45,295 bases of DNA from Chrysochromulina tobinii (GCA_001275005.1 JWZX01003283.1:1-45295), one strand, 5' to 3'. Counted from the stretch's first letter, positions 32,501 to 44,055 are shown. Numbers and translations are program-made. The notes: generated by a model from the sequence alone, not told the origin.

Positions 32501-34745
32501 TCCTCGCTGCCTCGTGTGCCAGGCGGGCCGCCTCGGCGCGATCCTTGCCTGCAGCGATCGCGGCGGCGGCGGCCTTTGCGGCGGCCTTTGCGGCATAGGT
32601 GGCCATTGGGACGGTGCTCGTGCCACCGACGCTCGCGCTGCCGCCGCTCGCGTCGCCGCAACTCATGCCGCGTCCCATGGTCTTGTCCAGCGGAGTGCTG
32701 CCACCGCCACTGCCACCGCAACCGCCAGCGTCTGCACCAGCGCCAACGCCAGCGCCGGCATCCTCCAACTCGGGCCGTCGGCGTGCCTCGTCGCGCGCCT
32801 TTCGCTCGCGGGCCTTCTGATGGCGGCGATCCTCGAGCTCGCCCAGCTTCTTCTGTGCGTCGCGCGCTGCGGGGTGCTGTTCCAAGCCCGCCTTCTTCGC
32901 CTTCTCAATGGCCACACGCAGCTTGTCCATGGTCGCACGCTGGCCAACGTCGTCGTCGTCGTCTCCGGCGAAGCCAAAGTCGAGTGGTCCCGCCGGCGTC
33001 GGAGGCGGTGGCGCTCCGGCGGCCCCGACCTTGCCGCTGGGATCCTTGAGCATCGCCACCATGCGAAGCGTCGTCTCGCCGTACGCCGAGAGCACCGCCA
33101 CGCCAATGGCGTTGCTGAGCTCCTCGGTGCTCGCGGCTTGGACGGCGCGCACGAACGAGGGCCCGGTGAGCGGCTGGTCGGGCGAGAGCATGACAGCCAT
33201 CTCGAGGATCGTAGAGCCCCTGCCGCGGCGCGTGAGCACCACGAGCTGTGAAGGGAGCACCCCACCGTAAACGGCCAGCCGCGAGAGCACCGCCTGCTCT
33301 GCGCGCGCGCTCAACTTGTCCAACGGCCCATCCAGCGCGAGTGTGAGCGTGCCCGCAACCTTGTGGATGTCGTAGTCCGAGAGGAGGCGACCCTCCTCGA
33401 GCTGCTGGCCCATGAACATGAGGAGCTGCTGCTCGGGCGGGACGCCCTCCATGCCCTGGATCCTGGCCTTGAGACTCTCAATCGAGTGGGACGGTTCCAC
33501 CTCGAGAGCGACCGTCTTCTGGATGCCCAGCTGGTAGTAGCGCTCATTGCCAGGCTCGCCCGCCCGAACGAAGGGTCTGTTGCGAGGGAGACTGACCAGA
33601 CCAAGCTCCTCGAGCTCCGCGGCTGTGAAGTTGGACCTCAGGCGCTCAAGCGCCGCCGCGAGCGCCGCGTTCACAATTTCGGTGCCACTGCTCGGCCGCG
33701 CGGCCACGGCGCGCCAGATGAGCATCTCGACGAGGACTTGCATCCCCTCATGCATCGCCGCCTCCGCCGGTACGACGCTCACGACCTGTACGAGCTCCTG
33801 CTCGAGGTTGCTCCGCTCGGCCACGCCTTTGATAAAGGCGCCGCGCCTCTGTTGAAGCTGCTTGGCGCGCCGCTCCCTGTCCGCCACCGCCTTCTCAGCC
33901 ATAGCCAACTCCTCACGTGCATGCTCCTCAGCCGCCGTGCGCAGCGACTCATCTTCCGCTTCCGCCTTGCTCACCTCGAGCGTTCGCAGCCTCTGCTCGG
34001 CGTCGGACGTGCTTAGCCCGAGTCTCTTCGCCTCCTTGATAGCCTTCTTGAGCACGTCAATGTCGCGCTGCATCGCGGCCGGATCGACAGTCGTTGGCTC
34101 CGCCGTAGGTGTACTGCCGATGCTCGCAAACGGGAGCGAGAAACCAAACGTCGAAGAGGAGGGCTCGCTCTTGCCCACGCTGCCAACGCTGGCTAGGCTG
34201 CCCACGCTGCCCACGCTGGCTAGCTGCTTGGCAAGAGCCTCATGGGCTCTGCGCTTCATCTCCTCTGCCTCTCTGAGACGCTGCTCCACCTCCTCCACAC
34301 GTCTCTCTGCGTCCGTCGTCTCGAGGCCAAGCTTCTTTGCGGCCTCGACGGCCCGACGCACTGCAACGCACTCCTCAGCCGGATTGCCCTCGCCGAGGCT
34401 TTCGAGGGTACGCTCGAGCTCGTCAGCAGCCGCTTCTTCTGCGAGCTCGGCATCGCGGAGCTCCTCGAGGCGTTGTACCGCGTCGGCAGTGGCCTCGAAG
34501 GGCAGCCCAACGGCGCGCGCCTTGGCGATCACTCCGACGAGCTGCTCGATCTCGTCCGTGCGCGTGTGGCCCTTGCCCTGACCTACGTGCGAGGGCACGC
34601 CGACCCCAGCCGCTCGTGAGCCCAACCCGGGTCTACCGGCAGCGCCGTCACCCAAGCGTGGGTCGTTTGGATGAGCGTCTAGAGAGCCACGAGCGCTGCC
34701 ACGAGCGCTGCCTTTGTGCGACGAGGGGGGCTCGTCGACGTCGGT

Positions 34746-34797
<52 letters not shown>

Positions 34798-37349
34798 CAG
34801 CTGGGCCAGTGCCAGCTGGGCCACCCCCACCCCCCACCCTCCCTTGGAGGCCTTCCTCCTCCCTCACTAATTCGAGGAGGTGCTTCCCCTTCCCCATTAG
34901 GCACGCGTCCTAGGGCCAGCTTGATCGCCTCGTCGGCCGCCTTCTTCTTACGAGCCTCGACCTCTTCCTTGACCCTCGCCTGCGCCTCCGTGCGAAAGCG
35001 CTCCGTGCGCTCGGCCCACGCACGCTCATCCACCAGCCGCTTCCGTTCCGCAGCCTCGTGCAGAGTGCGCTCGGCATCGCTCGTGTCGCACCCGAGCCGC
35101 TTCTGCTCGTCGATGGCCATGCGAAGCTCGTCGAGCTCGTCCTCTGTTGGCACCCCCCCTCTGCGAGGGTCGCCCTTGCCCACCTCGCCGAGTGCCCGAG
35201 ACAGCGCCTCCGACGCGCGGTCGTGCTCGGCATGCAGTGCCTCCGCCGATTTGAGTCGTCGATGCTCCTCCTCATCGTATGGCTGCCCGCCGCCGCCGCC
35301 CGCGCTGCCGCCACGTTTGCCTGCACGCTTGCCTGCGCGCTTCTTGAGGGCATCGAGCTCAACCAGTCGGCCCTGGCGCTCGATACGGCGCCTCTTGCGC
35401 TCCTCGTCGGCCTCGCGAAGCAGGCTCTCTGCGTTGGCGGTGTCGAGCCCACGCTGTTTCGCGTCTGCGATGGCATGGCGCACGGCGCTCAGGTCGGACA
35501 CGCTCCTCGCTGGGTCCTCTGGATCACTCTCTCTCATCCGAGCAAGTGCGCGAGAGAGAGGTGCACGAGCCACGGCCTCCTCGAGCTGCACGAGCTTCCG
35601 CTCTGCAATGCCCGTGTCGACGCCCAGCCGCTGGCCAATGTCGACGGCTTCCCGGAGCCGATCGAGAACAGCCGGGTCGACTTCCACCAACGGCGGGTAC
35701 GTGGCGGTAGTAGCGTGGCGGGGAGTAGCGTGGAAGGTACGTTGCGGGTACGTGGCGCCGGTCGCATCGCTGTCGGGGCTCGCGCCGCCCTCGACAGCGC
35801 CTTGCGTCGTCAGGGCGCCTTGCCTCGTCTGGCCGCCGCCCTCGCCCTCGCCGCCCTCGCCCTCGCCGCCCTCGCCCTCGCCGCCCTCGCCCTCGCGTCC
35901 GGTTCTCTCGAGCACCTCCCTCAGCTCCTGTTCGGCCTCACGGCGGAGGCCCGCCGCCTCCTCGGCCAACTGCGCCTCCTCCTCGCTCACATCATGCCCG
36001 AGGCGCTTGGCTTCCTCGATCGCAGCGCGTCGCTCCTGGAGAGCGTCCGCGAGAGCGCCCCTCTCCGCACGGCGCCTCGCCGCGGCCGCCTCAAGCAGAG
36101 CTTTGGCCGTTCGCGAGGCGCGGACTCGACGGCCGGCATGATCCACTTCCTTTGCTCGCCTCTCGACGACACGCCGCTGCCGCCGCTCCTCCTGCCGCCG
36201 GCGTGCCGCCTCCTCCAGCCGCGCGCGCTCGGTTTCGGCCTGCTGGCGCTTTGCATTGCGCTGCCGTCGCTTGAGTCCTTCTAGGGTGCTCAGCTTCTTC
36301 TCAGCTGCCTTTGTGATGTCCGAAGTCTCGAGACCGATCTTCTTGGCCTTGGCGAGGGTCTCTCGTAGCGTGTTGATGGCGCCCTCGAGCGCAGCGCCCT
36401 CGAGCGCCGCGCCCTCGAGCGCGCTCGCCACGTACGGCTCCCTACCCGCCACGTACGGCTCCCTACCTGAGTCACCACCCATGCCGCTACCAGCACCCAT
36501 GCCGCCTGCGCCGCCTGCGCCGCCTGCGCCGCATGCGCCGCATGCGCCGCCGATGCCGCCGCCAGAGACGCCATCGAGGACCGTGGCGAGGGCGGTGGCA
36601 GCAGCGTCTCGCGAAGCCTTCATCTCGCCGAGGACCGTCGCAAGGGCAGCGGTGGCGGCGTCGCGCGCGGCCTTGGCGTCGGCCGCCTGCTGGCGCAGCT
36701 CGGGCGCCCTCATCGACGCATCTCCTGCCGCCGCGCCTGCTGCGAGCACCTGGGCCAGCAGCCAGGGCGGGATCTCCCCACGCGGCAGTGCGATCGCCGC
36801 CTCGACATGGCTCTCCCTGGCGAGCTCGGCGGCGTCGGCGGCGGCGAGGGCGGCGGCCTTGGCGCTCTGCGCATCCAGCCCTGCGGCCAGACCCTCAACG
36901 TGCGCGAGACCGCCCGCGAAGGCGGCGCCCGCGGAGTACCTCGTCGCGAGCAGGTCCGCAGCCTCGTTGGCAGCCGCCAAGGTGACGTCGAGGCGCCAGC
37001 CCCTGTTGAGCATGTCAGCGGCGACCGAGGCCATGAAAAGCGCCTCGGCGTGCGAGCGGCCTGCGATCATCGCCTCCTGCGTGAGCTGCAGCAGGAGGTC
37101 TGCGATCCACTGCGGGAAGCCCGAGGCCAGCGCCGAGTCATGCGCTGCCTTGCTGACCGAGCGCACGGCCGGGTCGAGCAGGGCCCACGGCTTGCCCGCG
37201 TAGAGCGTGCGGCGCCCGAGCGGGTCCGCGGGGTGGCGGCTTGGCAGCTGCTGCTTCTTGTGGCCGGGCAGCTCCAAGCGGCGCACCTCGACGCCGTCAT
37301 TGAAGAGCGCGTAACTCTGTGGTTTGCTCTGATGGGTCGACTCCATCAT
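29562..37349 (-). CDS. Giant (~2595 aa) intronless helical-repeat / coiled-coil protein with an internal ubiquitin-like domain
   Basis: Single ORF. Ub-like [51 protein letters not shown] at about 33330-33537; three internal repeat families. Start placed at MMESTH (37349) because the upstream part of the ORF overlaps a plausible plus-strand gene. Confidence 0.8.
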
Positions 37350-37542
37350 CGCGGAAGCACTTCCAAAAGGGGACAACGGGGAATGAAATGCATGCAGATG
37401 TACATTCATATGTGCCTCAAGAGTTGGGGAAGGGTACGACGACGTTCGAGGACGAAAGTGTGGGTGCTGTGGGCGCGTTGCTTCGTCCCAAACTTGGAAT
37501 CCGCGACGAAAATCGGTGTCTCGAGGGAACCCCGACGAGGCG

Positions 37543-37902
37543 ATGAATGCAGACGGGCCTGCTGCAGCCGAAGTGCCCGCAGCTGCAGTGCCCAAGAATG
37601 CGGGAGGGTCCACGCAGAGCGGTTCGACACCGGTGGCGGACGAGGAGGCCAATCTCCTCCTCACCAGCGAAGCTCCAGAGAGTGGCGTCTCCTGCCTCAA
37701 CGTGACCAGGATCGTACTGGCGCTCCCATTCATCTTCGCAGGCATGGTTGGCATCATGTTCTTTTGGTTGCTGTGGGTGCTCTTGCTCCCAATTGAGCAC
37801 TGCTGCCAGTGTGGTCAGCAACATTGTCTCGCTGGAACCAGAGAGTGGCTTGACAAAGGCGCGAGGTTACCTCTTGCTTTGTTGAAATGGGCGACTCAGT
37901 AG
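37543..37902 (+). CDS. Small membrane protein with a Cys cluster
   Basis: Low-complexity N-terminus, hydrophobic [33 protein letters not shown]. Confidence 0.55.
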   Translation: MNADGPAAAEVPAAAVPKNAGGSTQSGSTPVADEEANLLLTSEAPESGVSCLNVTRIVLALPFIFAGMVGIMFFWLLWVLLLPIEHCCQCGQQHCLAGTREWLDKGARLPLALLKWATQ

Positions 37903-37987
37903 AAGACTAGAGTATCGGCCGTGCGATGTATTGAACTAAATCTCTCTACTCATACAGTCCTGCTACAACCTAAGTTCGCTCCTAGTG

Positions 37988-39109
37988 CTACTGCTGCTGG
38001 ACCAGCTGTGCCAACTGCGGCTCTTGCTGCCCAGATGCGCTCATCGTCCTCGCCCAATTGTGTAACCGCCCAATCTCCTCCTCCATCGCGCGGATCAGCG
38101 GCAGGAGCGAGCGCTCCTCCTGCGGGCCGTGCACCCCGTACACGCCGCCCGTCTCCCGCCACTCTGCGTCCATCCACAGCAGCGCGCGCGGCACCATCGC
38201 CTCCGCCGCAGGTCCCACCTCCTGCCCCACCGCGCTCAGCAGCTTCGCCTGAGCGTCACGCAGGCGCGGGTGGGTCTGCACGCCGGCATTCCGGCGCTCG
38301 AGGCTCATCGTCTCGCACGCGGCGTCGTACCTCCCTGCGCCCAGGTCCTCGCCCGTCTGCGTCGCGCTCGTGCACGGCACAACAACAGGCCGCACGGGTG
38401 GCAGCGCCGCCTCGGCGGCAAAGCTCGGCCCGTGCGCGATGGCGGAGCTCGTGGCTGCGGTGGCGATGGCCGAGGCGGCAGCACCAGCGTGTCGCGGCTC
38501 CGGGCTCGCCGCGCTCCCCCTCTCTGTCGTGGATGGCGTGCGCGCCTCCGATGTCTGCACGGTCGCATCCGCACACGGGAGGGCATGGGTCTGGCTGCTC
38601 GCTGGATGGCACCTGGGCGGCGCGTCCGTCTGCATCTGCCGGTGTACCACAATCGGCGCATCCGATGTACCCGACTGCGTGCCATCGTGCCCATCCGTCT
38701 GGCTCATCCTGCTCACGCCCACGCTGAGCGACCCGGCCTGGCACGCGACTGTAGCGCTCTGAGCCTCGCGACTGTAACGCTCTGAGCCTCGCAGCAGGTC
38801 GAATGGTGGCGGCGGCGGCAGCGGCGGCCGCAGTGGTGTCGGAAGATACTCAACCGTCGGAGGAAGCGCGAGCAGTGAGAGCAGTGGAAGCGCATCGGGC
38901 TCGACGTAAGTCTGCACCGCTTGTTCGCAGGTCCTGCGGATCTTCAGCGCCGTTGACTTTCGCCGGCTCGCCGGCTCGGTCTCGCCAGACCAACCTTCGT
39001 ACGGCCAGACCACCCTTCGTCGCCGCAGCCTCGGCACGCACACGGTGAGGAGCAACATGACCAGCGCACCCGCAAGGGCACTCAATCCCATCTGCGTTGC
39101 ACCGTCCAT
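37988..39109 (-). CDS. Membrane-anchored, largely disordered protein with repeated xQT motifs and a C-terminal coiled coil
   Basis: N-terminal TM followed by RLRRRR; AVQTY, MSQTD, GTQSG, QMQTD, SSQTH, TVQTS, ATQTG, GVQTH. Confidence 0.65.
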   Translation of the reverse strand: MDGATQMGLSALAGALVMLLLTVCVPRLRRRRVVWPYEGWSGETEPASRRKSTALKIRRTCEQAVQTYVEPDALPLLSLLALPPTVEYLPTPLRPPLPPPPPFDLLRGSERYSREAQSATVACQAGSLSVGVSRMSQTDGHDGTQSGTSDAPIVVHRQMQTDAPPRCHPASSQTHALPCADATVQTSEARTPSTTERGSAASPEPRHAGAAASAIATAATSSAIAHGPSFAAEAALPPVRPVVVPCTSATQTGEDLGAGRYDAACETMSLERRNAGVQTHPRLRDAQAKLLSAVGQEVGPAAEAMVPRALLWMDAEWRETGGVYGVHGPQEERSLLPLIRAMEEEIGRLHNWARTMSASGQQEPQLAQLVQQQ

Positions 39110-39171
39110 ATCTCCTGCCAACGCCCGACAAGTCAAGTCAAGTCAAGTCAAGCGAGTTTCGTCACTTCCCC

Positions 39172-39222
39172 ATGCTTGCACTCGTTCGGATGTTGGCCCT
39201 TACCGCGTGCGGCATGGCCATC

Positions 39223-39257
<35 letters not shown>

Positions 39258-40830
39258 CGCGGCAGCCAGCATCGCGTCCGCCGCCTCTCGACTGCCCATT
39301 TCTTTTCAGAGCCTCTCCATCTCGGACGAGTTGAGCGACGCTCCGCTTGAGCTCCTCGAGGGCGCCATACCTCCGTGGCTTCGCGGCACGCTCTTCCGCA
39401 ACGGTCCTGGCGCCTTCGACGTGGGCGACGAGCGCCTGTACCATCTTTTTGATGGGTACGCGATGATGACCAAAATCAACCTCGGCGGTGACGGCGTGCC
39501 GCGCTTCTCAAACCGCTTCGTCCGCTCGGACGCCTTTGAGGGCCTGCGCATCGGCGAGCAGCTCTTTGCCGAGTTTGGCACCCCGCGGCGGCGGCCGACC
39601 AACCCGCTCGAGCTGGTGCGTTCGCTCTTCGAGCTCATCTTCGCGGCACCCACAGACAATGCCTCGGTCAACACGGTTCGGCTCGCGGACGGCACGAGGC
39701 TCGCGCTGACCGAGACGCGGCGTGGCAGCTTCGTGATCAACGGTGCTGACCTATCGACGGAGCGGCGCTTCGAGTGGACCGGCGCCGCGACCGGCCAGCT
39801 GAACACCGCACATCCGATGCGCACGCCCGACGGTGGGTTCGTCAACGTGGGCACCGACGTGGGCTCGGCCCTGTGCAGCTACCACGTGTACCGAACGCGC
39901 CCAGCCACGCCCGAGGTGCGTGAGATCATCGCGTCGATCCCGTGCGCAAGGCGTGCGGCGCCGTGCTGGCTGCATTCGTTTGGGCTCACGGCCACGCGTG
40001 CCGTCGTGATCGAGCAGCCCACACCGTACGATCTGCCCTCGATGCTCGGTATGGCGAAGGCCGCCTACACCTGCCTACAGTGGCGCCCAGGCGACGGCGT
40101 GCGCATTCACCTGGTCGACCTCGCCACTGGGGCCGTTGAGACGCGCCGCGTGGCCGACCCATTCTTCTTCTTTCACATTGCGAACACCTTCGATGCCGAG
40201 GGCGGCGGCGTGAGCGTCGACCTCGCCCTGTACGACGATCCCTCGATTGTGGAGGCCTTGCGACTACAGCGACTCAGTGCGCCGGCGGGCGCTGCAGTCG
40301 AGGATCTGCCGTGCTCACGGCTCACTCGCCTTCACATCCCCGCCGACGCATCCGCCGCCATCACTCGCACATCCCTCGATGACGTGCGGGCGACGGGCGG
40401 CTTCGTCGACTTTCCTGTGACGAACCCCCGCGTGATGGCCGACGCGGCCTATAAGTTCGTGTGGGCCATCGCGGCCAACAGGCCGACGCGCTTGGCCAAC
40501 AAACTCATCAAGATTGAGCTACGCGCCGAGCCCCCGTCCTCCCCGAGCCGTGCCACCGATGGCGAGGGCGGCCGTACGGGCGGCGCGAAGACGAACTGCT
40601 TCGCCGAGCCCAATTGCTTTCCGTCCGAGCCCGTGTTCGTGCCGCGACCAGGCGCTACATCCGAAGACGACGGCGTGCTCCTCTGCCTCCTTAATGACGA
40701 AGTCGCTCGCACGACGAGCCTCGTTGTGCTCGATGCCGCGACGATGGCACTACAGGCGCGCCTGAGGCTGCCACGAGCTCTGCCGTATGGCTTCCATGGC
40801 GACTGGGAACCCGAGTACATGCCCGAGTAG
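39172..40830 (+). CDS. Carotenoid cleavage oxygenase (RPE65 family), CCD8-like, with N-terminal targeting sequence
   Basis: LFRNGPG, HLFDGY, TDNASVN, four iron-ligand His contexts (TAHP, WLHSF, FFHIAN, YGFHG), PSEPVFVPRPGATSEDDG. Confidence 0.92.
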
Positions 40831-40949
40831 CGGGTAGCGGGGGCGGCGGGCTCTGCGGGCGGACTATGTCGTTCTATTTTGCGCCGAGGACGCGGTGGAT
40901 TTTTAGAAAAGTATGAACATCGACTCTCGGACGACTCAGATCCATACAT

Positions 40950-41738
40950 CTATAAAGCGGGCAGCTCCACCGCACTTAGCTCGGTCAGCAGCCATTCCAC
41001 CTCCGTCCCCGGCCGCGCTGTGATCATACCCGCTGGCAACGCCGTATTCGTGGCGGCATGGGACCATCCGAGGCACTTGCGCACCATATCGGCCTGCGCC
41101 GGCTTGCCTGCGGAGAGGAGCACGTGCCGAGCCGAGCTGATGGCGTCCACGCTCAGCGTGATCCCGCCCTTGCCCTCGGCGGGCAGGTACATTCGCTCAC
41201 TGCCCGGGCTGCAAAGCACTTGACTTGATTTCGGATAGAGAGACGCGCAGTGCCCGTCCGCGCCCGAGCCGAGAAGCACGAGGTCGAGTGCTGGCAGACC
41301 GCTGCGCGCGCACGTCCCAACCACGTGGCTCGGCGCGCCACGAACGGTCGCCTCGTACGCTTGGGCAGCCTCCTCGGCTGTAAGGCTCGGCACGCGGTGC
41401 ACATTCTCAGCCGGCACGCCGCACGCCTCGACAAACTCGGCGGCGCCGCTGAAGCATTTACCCGCCGCGTCCCCTTCGGTGCGCTCGTTGCCAAAGAAGA
41501 CATGCACACGCGTCCAGTCGATGCCCGAGCTGCCAAGCTGCACGAGCGGCTTCACAGTGGTGCCCGAGCCTATCGAGAGTGAGAAGGCGCCTTTGGACGC
41601 GATCGCAGCTGTTGCGAGCTGAGTGACGCGAGATTGTATGTATTCGGCGATGGCGCCCTCGTTCTTGAAAATCTGAGCTCTGCGACCGTCGGGGAGCACG
41701 ACGAGCGCAAGGCTCCAGTGGAGGACATGCGCGAGCAT
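40950..41738 (-). CDS. pgl: 6-phosphogluconolactonase-family protein
   Basis: IDWTRVHVFFGNER, AAQAYE, LDLVLLGSGADGHCASLYP, ITLSVDAISSAR. Confidence 0.85.
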   Translation of the reverse strand: MLAHVLHWSLALVVLPDGRRAQIFKNEGAIAEYIQSRVTQLATAAIASKGAFSLSIGSGTTVKPLVQLGSSGIDWTRVHVFFGNERTEGDAAGKCFSGAAEFVEACGVPAENVHRVPSLTAEEAAQAYEATVRGAPSHVVGTCARSGLPALDLVLLGSGADGHCASLYPKSSQVLCSPGSERMYLPAEGKGGITLSVDAISSARHVLLSAGKPAQADMVRKCLGWSHAATNTALPAGMITARPGTEVEWLLTELSAVELPAL

Positions 41739-42083
41739 CTGTATTCATACAGTAGCTATCTCGTGAATGTTCACGTTCACGTTAAATTGCCCTCTCGGCA
41801 AGACGCACACCCACAGTTTCTCGTGAATGTGAAACAATGTCAGTCTGTGTTTCGTGTGGTAGTGGCTGGTCGGTACCTTGTGTGTCGATTCAACTGACCC
41901 TTAGTTTCGCATGGGTCCCACGATCCTCGATCGCGTCCGAAATCGCGTGTGAAACGCGCTTCGGTCGGGCCCCGGGCGGCGCGACGGCCGGCACTGCCAA
42001 CCGGTCCCGCGCGAAGCGAGAAAATCATCACATGAGCTATCAGCTAATGTAGTGTAACTACTATCCGCCTCTGGGTGCTCTGG

Positions 42084-43757
42084 TTAACCTCCATGGTCGA
42101 CGGCCACCTGCTGCTCCCTAGACCGCAACTGCTCCTCGGCCCGTCGAAAGATGGCGACGTGTTGCTGGTGCTGCTGAAGATGCTGCTGCTGGGCGCCCTC
42201 CTCGTCGGCGTCGGCGAGCGCGGCGGTGCTGCCGCTCGACGACGACGAGGAGGACCCTGCGAGCGCCGTGGCGGCGGCGCGCATCGCGTTCAGCTGGAAG
42301 GCATCATGCTGCCCACGCTCGACCAGGCCACCAAAGAGGTCCCACGCAGCCGCGCGGCTCCCATCCTCGCCCGCCAGCAGCCGACGGCGCAGCTCGCGCG
42401 TGCGCATCGCCGACAGCGCCGTATCGGTCAGCCTGAGGATGCGCCGCGTGTGTGTGTCGGGCTCGAGCCGTTGACGTTTCATCTCGGCGAGCACCTTGCC
42501 GAGTGCCTCGATGGGTTGACCTTCGATCTGCAGGCGAGAGAGGAGGGCGTTGAACGCGGCGACGGGCAGCGCGCACCCGGACGCCTCCGCCCGGCTCAGC
42601 AGCGCGCGCATCTCCACCACCGACGCCGTACCATGCGAGAGCATCGCCCCAAGCTGATACCCATCCGCTGCTCGGCGCTCCAATAAGCTGTCAAAGAGGC
42701 GGTGGGCGTGCGCGGTCCCGTCGGGGGTGGCGCGCTCGAGGAGCTCAAGCAGCTTGCGCGTGCGCATCTTGGACACCTCGGCCGCCGGCCGCGCGAGCGC
42801 CGCCTCCATACGTGCATCCGGCACCACACCCTCCCGTTGCATCTGTGCCAGGAGCGCGCCCACCGCCTCCTCGCCCCCCCCTTCCAGTTGGATACGCGTG
42901 AGCACCGCGGTGTACAGGTGCACGTTGGCGCGCACGCGCCCCGCCGAGGCCTCGCGCACGCGCGCGATGAGCGCCAGCTGCGCGTCCGCCGACTCGTCGC
43001 CCGCTGCTCGTGTGAGCATCACCCGCAGGTGCGCCGGACGCACCTGATTTCGCGCGAGCAGACGTTCAAAGATGGCCCACGCGGCGGATTCCTCGGCGCC
43101 CGAGGCGGAGCGCGGGAGCGTGAGCACGCGGTGCAGCTCGCGCGTCCGTGCCAGCTTGAGCGCCTCACCCTCGCGCGCAAGCACCGCACCCGTCTCCGCG
43201 TCCGCCACCGCGCCGTGCGCCCTCAGCTCCACCTGTAGTTTCTCGAGGGCTGGTCGGTCATGGCCCTCGACCTGCAGCTGCGCGAGCATCACATTGAGCA
43301 CGGCGCTACACGGCCGCACGCCCGCGCTCAACGCCTCGTCGAGCAGCGCACGCTGCGCCTCACTACCCTCTACCGCGCTCGCCCCGATCGCCTCCATCAT
43401 CGCGCCGAGCGAGGAGCGCGCCGAGTCGTCGGTCTCGAGCACGGAGCGGAGGCGCGCCCACGCGGCCGCCCGAGCGCGGCCATCCGCCGATGTGAGCAGC
43501 CGGCCCGCCCGCGCCACGCACTCGATGGGCGTCTCGTCGACGGGCGTCTCGCGGCTGAGCCAACGGGCGAGCGGCACCGCGGCGCCGAGCGCGGCGCCGA
43601 GCGCCGCACCGATCGGCACCGCCAAGCTCGCAGCCCCTCGATAGGACGCGAGAGCCAGCAGCGGCGGCGACCGTCGGGCCAGCTGCTGCAGGTGCAGAAC
43701 GGACACCCTGGACGGCACCATGGCGGCTCGCGATCGCCGTGCGAATACCGTCCACAT
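42084..43757 (-). CDS. PPR-like helical repeat protein, about 3 long repeats, probably organellar
   Basis: NVHLYTAVL...MQREGVVPD and VAAFNALL...MKRQRLEPDTHT; recurring MRTRxL and AWxxFxxL; Arg/Ser-rich N-terminus. Confidence 0.7.
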   Translation of the reverse strand: MWTVFARRSRAAMVPSRVSVLHLQQLARRSPPLLALASYRGAASLAVPIGAALGAALGAAVPLARWLSRETPVDETPIECVARAGRLLTSADGRARAAAWARLRSVLETDDSARSSLGAMMEAIGASAVEGSEAQRALLDEALSAGVRPCSAVLNVMLAQLQVEGHDRPALEKLQVELRAHGAVADAETGAVLAREGEALKLARTRELHRVLTLPRSASGAEESAAWAIFERLLARNQVRPAHLRVMLTRAAGDESADAQLALIARVREASAGRVRANVHLYTAVLTRIQLEGGGEEAVGALLAQMQREGVVPDARMEAALARPAAEVSKMRTRKLLELLERATPDGTAHAHRLFDSLLERRAADGYQLGAMLSHGTASVVEMRALLSRAEASGCALPVAAFNALLSRLQIEGQPIEALGKVLAEMKRQRLEPDTHTRRILRLTDTALSAMRTRELRRRLLAGEDGSRAAAWDLFGGLVERGQHDAFQLNAMRAAATALAGSSSSSSSGSTAALADADEEGAQQQHLQQHQQHVAIFRRAEEQLRSREQQVAVDHGG

Positions 43758-44055
43758 ATAAAGATGGCGAGACTCTCAGTTTCGTCACGGCCTTCTTCTA
43801 GTCTCCAAAAGACGGCTCCAAATACGCGACGAGCCGACGACACGGCCGCGACCCCTTGCCCGGCCGTGTCGTTTCGAACCATTTACGTAGCGAGGCAAAA
43901 TCCTCGAACACTAAACTCTAAACAAAATCACAGCGGCTGTGACGGCCGCGCGTGAAGACTGATTGTGTCACCACCGTGACGTGTGACTGAGCCGAGCCTG
44001 CCCGACGCGTCTCGTCGGAGACAGGGCAAGGGGGCGAACCGGCCAATGCGCGCGC

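Noticed and set aside
29632..37203. Numerous long plus-strand ORFs over the giant gene
   Set aside because: GC-rich antisense shadows with Ser/Arg/Ala-biased, motif-free translations.
37350..37757. N-terminal extension of the 2731-aa ORF
   Set aside because: Overlaps a plausible plus-strand membrane-protein gene and a lower-GC promoter-like gap.
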